Source of the DNA: Octopus sinensis
Lineage: Eukaryota
Direction: 5' to 3'
DNA: 64,000 nucleotides
Assembly (NCBI RefSeq): GCF_006345805.1
Contig: NC_043019.1
Span: forward strand, 26,225,360 to 26,289,359
The translations under genes were made by a program, and so were the position numbers. Below the pieces are notes generated by a model. The model saw only the letters and a list, made by a program, of their open reading frames with translations. It had not been told where the DNA came from and ran no database searches. Position 1 is the stretch's first letter, and each line of letters begins with the position of its first letter. Below are positions 39,101 through 50,300 of the stretch, piece by piece.

Positions 39101-42100
39101 CAAAAGACTTATTTTTCCAAGAAAACAATATTTAAATCAATAAAAAGATAAAGTATACAAGAATCCTCATTCATATATGGCAATCACACAGCAGACCTTC
39201 GAGCAGAGAGGAAAGAACAAACCTCAAGCCTTTTTAATTCTCAGTCCTCTCACATTTTCCCCCATTACAACCCCATAAACCCAGATGGCTTATATATCTT
39301 AAAATTCTGTTTTAGGCAAAAGGAACAGCTAATTATGTCAATGAATCTTTTCTATAGCTTCAATAGTATCAGAATTTCTATATAAATTTCAGCAATAGAT
39401 ATAGAATAAATGTTTAAAATGCTATAAAAAAACTCGTTTCCTTGACAATTACTTTTTAAACATTATGAAATATTTAATAAAATCTAGCGAAATAAAGCGA
39501 CTCCACCCCCAAGCAGTATATATGAATACATATAAAGGATAAAAATCTAAACAGTCAAAAACTAAGCTAAATATGTCGTTAACATAAATATTGTGAAAAT
39601 TAGCCAGGTAGTTTGATGGCAAATAATGCATATAAAAGTTTGTCTTGCAAATGCCACCTGCAGTGGTTCATATCCTGCTGTCTTCTTTTTATTTTCACGG
39701 GTTTTCTTTTATGCTATTATGTAAGCAATGGTGTTTTCACCACTAAGAATGCTGCTGTGAAAATATATTTCAGACTATTTCTCTGTGTGACCTGAGAATG
39801 ATATTCACAACATTGAGTTCCATGTGTTTAAATACCACCAGCTTTTATTTCACTATATTAGAAATTTGAAACATTTTCTCAGCGTTTTGAATATTCCAAG
39901 TGAAAACAATACAAATTTGTTTTCAGTTCTTTGTAGTGTTTTTGTGTGCACACATCATTTTTTTTAAGAGAGGAAAGGTCTGTTCATATCATTATGTACT
40001 AGTTATTAATTGGAAAATGTTTGGTGAGGTGGGGATTAGTTGAGGTTAGAAACTTGCAATGCAGCAACTTCATACAGAAACTAATAAGAAAGCTTTGCAT
40101 GGAAAGGTACAATTCATAGCTGGAGATAAGGAGTGAGAATGATACTGCACAGCTGACAAATGCTGCTCGCATACAAAGCTAGCGATACATCAGGTACTAC
40201 AGCAATTAGTCAAGTCAGGTTATGAGGCAGTAAGAAACTAACTGTTCAAATACAATAAATTAATGAATATGCTCATGGCTGGGAATTGGAAGCCTCACAA
40301 CTCCTGTGCAGACTGCTACAGCCCTCCCTTGCTACAACCGCTCCATTTTTTTGTTACTCACTAGCCTATTTTCCATTCCCATAAACCACAAGGATGTGGG
40401 ATCAGAAATTTGTGACCTGCTAACTGTGGTCAAAATATTCTAGTTTGCGCTCTCAGCATCCTCACCAACATTTGTTCCACTCCAATGTCCTAGGGGGACC
40501 AAATCAATTCCTTCTGTGTACCACCAAACAGAGCTCACCTGGAGCAGGTCATCTTGAATGGTGAACAGAAGTATTTAAATGATAGCAAAATGACGATTAC
40601 AATGCACTACTCACCACAATATCCATATCTTTTAATTCAATTATATCAACCAGCTCTTCAATAAGACCAGGATATAGCAAGGCATTCATGTTGTCTTGAA
40701 TGGCATTAGAATATACTGGAAAGGAAAAACATTCTAACGTTAAATACAAACCAAAATATGCAACTTTTATATTTTAAAATAAAATAGAACAGAATAAAGA
40801 AAAAAGAAAATGCCGCAGAAACAAATATTTGTGTGCCTGCATGAATATACAATCATTATGAATTTTGTTAAATTCTTTAGTCTTATGTCTTGAAAGGAAA
40901 ACTGAACTCACCAAGTACTGATAATGCCTGAAGTCGGGCCTGCACACACTGTATTCTAGCTTCATATTTGGAGAACAAATAAGCTAATCTAATATGAGTA
41001 TATAGAAGCATCTGAAAATATAAAAAAGAAAGAAAAAATGAAAGATATCATCATCGTTTAACGTCCGCTTTCCATGCTGGCATGGGTTGGACGGTTTGAC
41101 TGAGGACTGGTGAGCCAGAAGTTGCACCAGGCTCAATCAGATCTGGCAGAGTTTCTACAGCTGGATGCCCTTCCTAACACCAACCACTCCGAGAGTGTAG
41201 TGGGTGTTTTTAGGTGCCACCAGCACAAAGGCCAGGCAGGCAGTTTTGGCAACGGCCACGCTCAGAAGGGTTTTTTTTATGTGCCACCTGCACGGGAATC
41301 AGTCAGGCAGCACTGGCAATGACCACGCTCGAACGTTGTCTTTCACATACCACTGGCACATATGCCGGTAAGGTGACGCTGGTAATGATCACATTCGAAT
41401 GGCGCTTTTTACATGCCATTGGCATGGGAGCCAAACCACAGCCCTGGCAACGGTCATGCTTGGATGTGCTTTTAATGCTCCACTGGCATGAGTGCCAATC
41501 AGGTGGTACTGTCATCGGCCACATAAAAAATAGCTAAAAGCAAAAACTATAAACGTACAACACTAACAACTGTTCCAACATATAAACCATCCCATACGTA
41601 CAAGTATGGTTTTTTTTTTTTTTTACAATAAAGATATTTTCCAAGAAGAGAGATATTTTATAGCTCACCTGTCGGTCCTCTGGGATGCTGAAACTGTTAA
41701 TTAACTCTTCCATTATTTCAGATGGCACCTTTCCACACTTGTCTACACTTTCCATATGAATGCAGGTTATGACATTGGCAGAACCCTTTATAAAAAGAAA
41801 AACAAAGGTACAATTATCAATCATTAAAACACAAATATAAGGAAAAGTATCCAGTGATGGACGCATTTCCTTACACCAACCACTTTGCTTAAAGGCACTG
41901 GGTACAGTCTATTGTGACACCAGCCCCACAGAAATTGTCTGGTGCCCAGCAAGACTAAAGAATCCTCTTTAGTTCACATGTTCGCCAACCTTTTGCCTCA
42001 CCAGCACCAGAATGTTGCCTTGTCCCTGAAAAAGACTCAGCAGTCTTTGTTCTCTGCACTTTTCCATGTCTGCACCCTTCTTTCCCAACACAACAGAGTC

Positions 42101-43861
42101 GGAAGGGAGCCAGAGTGAGAGGGAGATAGAGGGAGTGGGATGAGAGTGTGATGAATAACAATGAAGATAGAGGATGGCAAGAGAGAAACAGTTAGCAAAA
42201 AAGAAGAGTGATAGATGAGAGTTGAATATGGACAGATCCTAAGTAATAGCATTCCATATAAACACAGAGGTCTGGTGGAACAAACAAAGGAAAGAGCACT
42301 CAATACATATACATATGCTTATATATGTATACAGACACAAATATACACAAGCTTATTCACAAATGCTCACACACACACACACACACACATTCACGTGTGT
42401 ATAAATTACATTACGTCACTCTTACATCCACCTTTCCAAACTGTGCAGGTTGATAACTGGATGTTTCAAACTAATGGAGCAGAATAGTGTACCTTTTTCC
42501 CACTTTTTTCATCTTTGTTCTCGGCATAGAATTCAAAATGGAGTGTAGTAGCACTGGGAGAAAAATTCTGCAATTAGAAGTAAATTTAATGATATTGCTA
42601 TGAACACAAAAGCGAAATACTAATAAGGACAGGCTTTTAAAGACTACAGAAAAGATGACCCCTTTTACTAGAGGAAGATTGAAGAACAAGGAAGGGGAGG
42701 AGAAAGAAGAGTCCGATTTTATAAATTTATTTTCCCATGTCTTGAAGAATACACAAAAATCTAAATATTAAAAAGGCATTATTAAAACACCTTCACAATA
42801 CATTTTCAGAAATGCAAAAAGAGAGATGATATCCGATGAATGTACCAGTTGTTCTCTATAATCATTTAATATAAATGTGTGAAGTTGATTGTGGTTTCGA
42901 TTCACTAACAGGCAGTGTACTGTGTTCTTGAGCGAAGAAAAGTTCGTTTCACATTACTCCAGTCCAGTCAGCTGTGAATGGGTACACTCTGCAATGGAAT
43001 GGTGTTCTATTCAGGAGGAAGGTCGGCCTGTTCATCTAACCAGTGGAATGGTATCATTTGAAAGCTACAACAATGCACATTGTGACCAGCAGTGTATAAC
43101 ATCCGACAGTGTGATCGATACAGATAGATATTTCATTTCCATATTTGGTTTGCAAGATTCTTGATGTGAATTTGTGGGTTGAAACAAATCTTGTGTCTAA
43201 GGAGGGTCGTTACTCTAATGAAAATTAGGATAAACACACATACAGCTTCAATACCACTTCTTTATTTTACCACCTAATTATTCAATGGTCTGTTTAATGT
43301 GTGGATTGAACAATCAAACAGGTGTTAGCTTTCAATTAGAATCCTTTCATCACCATCCATGACCTAATCGATGACATGCCTTCATTCTTCAAGGTATGCT
43401 TTGAGGCTAGGTCAGTTGGAAGGCCATCCTGGCACTTCAAAGACAAAAGATAATCTGATGCAATGCAACATTCCCTTTTCTTCCTGGGAATATAAAGTAT
43501 CAGAACGCAGGACCTGGCACCAATCCTGCTTCTCTTCAGTTCAATGATTTCAAGTCAACTCCAACATCAGGACCAACTTTGTACAAGCATGAAGGCATGC
43601 TGGCAAAATGCTGCGCACTAAATGGAAACCTTACTTGCCGCTGTGGTTTTGTGGCACAAAGCAAAAGGCCTTGCTGTCCACTCAAGAAAACAAATAGTAA
43701 ATGATACATAAGCATTTAAGCAAACTGAGACCTCAACCTGTTCCATTAGCCAAAAGGTTTGCAAGGCACCAGTAGGCCTCAAGAGACTCATTCGTGTCCA
43801 TAGAACATGATTAACATTAATCATTTACCAAACCCTCATTTGTTGTTCACAAGAATTCATC

Positions 43862-43893
<32 letters not shown>

Positions 43894-44310
43894 ATAAATA
43901 AACATATATAAATATATATAAACATAAATAAACATAAACAAATATAAACACATCTATAAATATATAAAAATATATATAAATATAAATAAAAATAAATATA
44001 TATGTGGAGGTGCAATGGCCCAATGGTTAGGGCTGCGGACTCATGGTTGTAGGATCGCGATTTTGATTCCCAGACCGGGCATTGTGTTTATTGAGCGAAA
44101 ACACCTAAAGCTCTGTGAGGCTCCGGCAGGGGGTAGTGGCGATCCCTGCTGTACTCTTTTGCCACAACTTTCTCTCACTCTTTCTTCTGTTGGCCTGCTC
44201 GCTTAGCCAGCAGGATGGCGTCATTTGAAGGCTAAAACAATGTGAAGCGCATTGTGACCAGCGATGTGTAGCAACATCTGATAGCCTGGCCGGTCACGAT
44301 GATCATGGTG

Positions 44311-44342
<32 letters not shown>

Positions 44343-47300
44343 TATATAAATAAAAAGAAACACCTCTGGTAGTAGGGCATGCAGACATAATTTAAAGTAG
44401 ACTTGCTTTGTCAATGAGTTATGTGAAAATAATTTCTACAATATCATTTCACCACTGTATTGCAGTGAATGGTTAAAACTCACTAGGCAAATACTGGGGC
44501 TTTATTATTTCAACAACAATACTAAATCTCCCACAGAATTTACAGCTATGCCTATGTCATAATAGAGTCATCATCTGAATGCATGTCCACTTCTGTTAGT
44601 TTTTCTAGCTACTTCAATTTGGAATACAACCTATCCTTCATTATCGTCAGCAGTTATACGTATTGCCAAACAAACATAAAAATTAAATTCATCATTTTTA
44701 AAGTGCATGTATAATACGTTAGGCAAGTATTTGCATCTTATTTGCAATATCAGAATTAAAAGATGTCCCCCGTATTCGTAAACATTAGCAGGAATGTATG
44801 GAGGAATGTGTATTAAATCAATGTCTGAGAATATACATAACCAGAGTAACTGGTTTGACAATGAGATCTCCTTTTGTCACTCATCGTGGGATGAGAGAAT
44901 ATGAAACACTTTACTATCACCTTATCTCAACCTACATTAGGGTTACGGACATTTTATGTAAATATGCTACACTTCACTAATAACTAGGCTTTATATATAT
45001 ATATTATAGTTTTTATGCTACACTTTACTAATAACTAAGGTTTATATATATATATATATATAGTTTTGTTTACTTAAAATTCAGAAAAAACATTCAGTAA
45101 ATGAAGTAACCATATACTAATTCTAACCTTTTATTCAACATTAGATATTTAAAACTTGCAATTCACATCAAACAAAGAATATGTCTACAGCTTAAAAATG
45201 AAGCCAACTCTTTCGTAGGTTTTTTTTTTTTTTTGAGGTTTTCTTTCTGTATTTTAATGTATAAATTTACTGAGGTTCCATTAGATTTTGATTACGTCTT
45301 CAATTTTGTCCCATAATCAATGTTTACAGTCTCATATTCAAACACAATGATATTGTAGAAATTATTTACACACAACTCATTGACGCAGCAAATCTACTTT
45401 AAAACTTATTTTCAGCCTGGACCAACAAAGTAATTGGCTTTAACACCGACATCTTTAATTTTGTTCTTCATCTGAAGAATATGGAAAGTATTAATTACAA
45501 ATTACTTCATGTAATTTGTTATTAAGTAAATAAAGACATTGCTAAACAATGATAAACTCTAATGGAGAATTTGAACTGGTCTTTAGGAAAAGACAAGATT
45601 CAGAAAGAAAAAAAAAGGTATAAAAGGTGCATTTAATATGAATTTTGCAGAAATAAAACTTACGGAAACAGGTATATTTTTACAACACTCAGCAAGACCA
45701 AAGCCATTTTCTTTTCCACCCCAACTCTGCAAGAAAAGAATTTAAAATTCATGGTATTTCATCAATTGTGAATATTTAGTTTTATAAACAGTTTTCAGTT
45801 TTTCTTTTCTTCAGAAACAACTTTACAATATAAACAGAGAAATTAACAATATAAGTAAATAGTTGATAACTTAGCTACCTGAAAAGTTAATAGCAATATA
45901 TATTATCCAGATCATATTTTCACCCTAGTCCTAAGAAATGATGTTAACCCTTTTGTTACCATATTTTTATAAAGATGCTCTGTGTTTCTTTCAATTAATT
46001 TTAAATATAACAAAGAATTTAGTCAAATAAGTTAGTTATTAAGCTAGTGTCAGGAACACAAATTGTGACTAAGGTTTCGTGGAAGATTTTAATCCAGAAC
46101 TTATGGAAACAAGACATTTGTATTAGAGCTAGAGGCAAATTCAGCCAGATTGCTATCAAAAGGGTTAAAGATAAATCCCATTTTCTCTATAATTACTAAC
46201 CCCTTTTACTGCGGAGAGCAGATATATCTGCTTAAAATTTCCTTACCCTTAACAGCAGAAAGTAGTTTTATATACCAATCTATCTTTTGTATGGGGAATA
46301 TCATGTTTGAAACTATTTTCTGTTTGAAGAGGCAACACAACTTGCAGAAAATATTAATTCTAGTTTTGGTAGATATTTAACATCATTACGGGAATAACCA
46401 GGAAATTTAATTTCACAGTGAAAGGGTTGATAGTTCTCGTGATTTACTTTACTGCCAAGCAACCAAGAAATGGCAATTGGCTGAAATAAGATTTTGTATT
46501 CTGCAAGGACTTCTCAGAATTGAGGAATTTCCGACAGTTTAAACCTTTAGCATTCAGATTACCCTATCAAATGTAATGCTTATTCATTCACATTGTTTTG
46601 AATTAATCATGTATTATCTCATATCTTCAAGATTTCAATGATGTGGTTGCTTATTTTTTTAGAATGACATTGTAGGGCAGGCATGAAAGATTGGATTTGG
46701 ATGGTTTAACCCTTTAGCATTTAAACCGGCCATATCCGGCCAAAAGTATTCTACCTGTTTTATGTTCAAACTGGCTAGATCTGGTCTCTCACACCAGCCC
46801 TACAATATCGTTTGAAAAATTCACAGCTATCTCATCAAAATCTCATAGCTACAAGATAATGCCTGATTAGTTCAAGGCAATGTGGATAAAAAAGGATTAA
46901 TTTTGGCAGAATAATGCGAACACTAAAGGGTTAAGCATAAAAAGATGTAGAATATTTGGGGCCAGATATGGCTGGTTTGAATGCTAAGGGATTGAACTGT
47001 ACACATTAGATGCCTGAATTATTAAACAATGTTTGCACAAATATGCAAATCCAACATACAAGAATAGGAAGATGTTTTCATTAAAACATTTCCTCCTGTT
47101 CAAACTATTTCCTTACCTCAGCCAAGTGTGTAAGTCTAGATATGAGACTTTGCTTCTTCTCCACACCCAACCTGGTAATGAAGTTGGAACGTTTTCTACA
47201 AAACAAATGAGAAAAAGAGAAAAACAAATGAGAACAAGAATCATTTCTATTACAATTGATTTAATTACAAATCAATATATACCTGGTACAGCTCCCCGGC

Positions 47301-50300
47301 TTACCAGTTTTCTATCAAACCGTCCAACCCATACCAGCATGGAAAGCAGATGTTAAATGAAAATAATGAATGGTGAAATATTTACAAATATTTTTAAATG
47401 TGATTTCGGCTCAAGCTGGGATGCTCACTATTGTGTTTAGTGAATTTCTGGCCATATTATCCAATGTTTTACGATGTGTTTTGAGGAGGAAGAAGAGTGT
47501 TTTGAGGAGGAAGAGGGGTGTTTTGAGGAGGAAGAGGGGTGTTTTGAGGAGGAAGAGGGGTGTTTTGAGGAGGAAGAGGGGTGTTTTGAGGAGGAAGAGG
47601 AGTGTTTTGAGGAGGAAGAGGGGTGTTTTGAGGAGGAAGAGGGGTGTTTTGAGGAGGAAGAGGGGTGTTTTGAGGAGGAAGAGGAGTGTTTTGAGGAGGA
47701 AGAGGGGTGTTTTGAGGAGGAAGAGGAGTGTTTTGAGGAGGAAGAGGGGTGTTTTGAGGAGGAAGAGGAGTGTTTTGAGGAGGAAGAGGAGTGTTTTGAG
47801 GAGGAAGAAGAGTGTTTTGAGGAGGAAGAGAGTGTTTTGAGGAGGAAGAGGTGTTTTGAGGAGGAAGAGGGGTGTTTTGAGGAGAAGAGGAGTGTTTTGA
47901 GGAGGAAGAGGAGTGTTTTGAGGAGGAAGAGGGGTGTTTTGAGGAGGAAGAAGAGTGTTTTGAGGAGGAAGAGGTGTTTTGAGGAGGAAGAGGTGTTTTG
48001 AGGAGGAAGGGGGTGTTTTGAGGAGGAAGAGGGGTGTTTTGAGGAGGAAGAGGGGTGTTTTGAGGAGGAAGAGGGGTGTTTTGAGGAGGAAGAGGAGTGT
48101 TTTGAGGAGGAAGATGAGTGTTTTGAGGAGGAAGAGGAATGCAAGTGTTAGCAGCAAAGTTTACTCACCCAAAAACATACAGCAGATTAAGTACAGCAAG
48201 GACCACTGTCATATCACATGACGAGAGTAGTATGGTTAAATACTCCGTCGAATTGTACAGGTGTCGGGAGAAGCTGTGTTCTATGAGTAGGGCTGTAAAC
48301 TGTAGCACCTGGAGTAGCAGGTCCTTCAGCTAAACAAAAATAAGAGCAAAATAATAATAAAAATAAAACAAAAACATTTTTTATTATTTATTTAATAAGC
48401 ATGAAGAGACATATTATTATCAATAACATATTGCCAAAGACGGTGTTTTGGATTCCCTGACTATATTCCTAGCAATATTAATATTTATTAGGATCTCTTA
48501 GAGTGAAAACTACTTTTCTTGTTATTGGCATGAAAAATATTCAGCTGGTAATTCAAAAATTTATACATGAAAACTTAATATTCCTATTTCGGTGTAACAA
48601 CTGAATTATGAAGGTTAGTAAACTTTCCCTCCTACCCATTTCAAATTTAACAACCTGGATAATCTGACTCCCTTCACTGAAACTCAATTCCCTAGGGCAA
48701 GGCAAATTCTCTATTGACAACCCACTTGTTCTTAACACCCTCTGTGCAAAGATGTAGAGCAACAGCAACCTGTAAAAATGGATACAGAGTAGAAAGAATT
48801 CTGTAAGCTATAGTAGGGACAATCTCTCTAGTTCTTGCAAACTTCATAATAATTAAACCCCCTCATTACATGGAGAGATGTGGCCTTCACCACAGTGAAG
48901 GTAACACATCTAGGAGACCAGTAATCTTGAAGAAAGACTAATATAAGCTGAAGAAGAAACTTTACTGCTGCAGCAGGTGACTTCTATTGTTAGTGGGCTG
49001 ATAAAATGCACCCAATTCATGCTGTAAAGTGGTTTATGATAGGAGGGGTATCCAACCGTAAAAACCCGGTCACAGAAAGTAATATACAGAGATGCAAACT
49101 TCACAAATTGCAGCAGTGGCTAGGACAGACAGCAGTCTTTAGTCTTACCACAAACAACTTGTCTGGTGCAGATGGCACAATAAAATGCACCCTGTTAAGG
49201 CGGCAAGCTAGCAGAAATGTTAGCATGCTGGGCGAAATGCTTAGCAGTATTTTGTCTGTCTTTACGTTCTGAGTTCAAATTCTGCCGAGGTTGACTTTGC
49301 CTTTCATCCTTTTGGGGTTGATAAATTAAGTAACAGTTGCATACTGGGGTCAATCTAATCAACTAGCCAGCTCCCCAAAAATTTCAGACCTTGTGCCTAG
49401 AGCAAAAAAGAATAAAATGCACCCAGTTTGCACAATAAATATGGTGATAGAACATCCACCACCCAAAGACATCCAACAACAAATAAAGATAGCTGGGTTT
49501 CTGTTGTTGTGCGCACCATCAGATGACAAAAATATGGAACCATGACAATTGGCAAGATGCTACAAGAAACCTTTCCAGCCATGTCACTTTATCAAAGCTG
49601 GTGCAAAATGATGGATTTACCTCCAAACTCTTAATAGCAGTCAAGCCTATAGGATAAAAACATATCTTTTATGCCAGTAAATAAAGACATTGCAAGTGAG
49701 ATTGCATCTCAACTAACCAATAAAGTAAATGCTACCGGAGATAATCAAGATTGGGAAAGGAAAACCTCGAAGCATTTAAAAAGTGAAAGTTTTTCATACT
49801 CAGAAACCAGTTTGATGGTTATAATTTAATTTATTTTTACATCAGTTTCCATGGATTAGATGGATGTGTTATAGAGACATTTTTTAAAACAGCCAAATGC
49901 CCTTCCCAATGCTGACTGTTACTCATTTTTCATGTAAAGGATCACATATTCTGTTTGGCAATGGTGCAAAGCAAACAACCTTTAAATACAAACATACATA
50001 CATGTGTGTGTGTGTGTTTGTGTGCATAGGATGTCACCAATGGTACAGATAACATGAAATACATAAACGAGAAGAAAATGGAAAATAGGGCAAGTAAACA
50101 CACAAAAGGGAGCCTTCATCAGTTGTCAGCTACTTATCTACTCCTCATTTTTAGCATTTAACGACAACATGAGACTTCAAAGACAGTTGCTCCCATAAAT
50201 TCTAAGATAAAAATTTAGGATTTACGGAGGGTCAAAGTTGGGAACAAAAACATGACAGTAGAGACATACAAGGAAACCGAACAAAAACAAACACGGAGAG

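Noticed and set aside
47476-48138. CRISPR-like array
   Set aside because: Contiguous tandem units without unique spacers, in eukaryotic DNA with no cas genes.
47411-48221. Long ORFs on both strands (CFEEEEG, LFLLKT, SSSSKH repeats)
   Set aside because: They are translations of the 21-bp minisatellite inside a HUWE1 intron, with no splice or protein-family support.
48553-48770. ORF behind a good tttttacag acceptor
   Set aside because: The open frame is out of phase with the phase-0 intron, there is no convincing donor, and no similarity to HUWE1.
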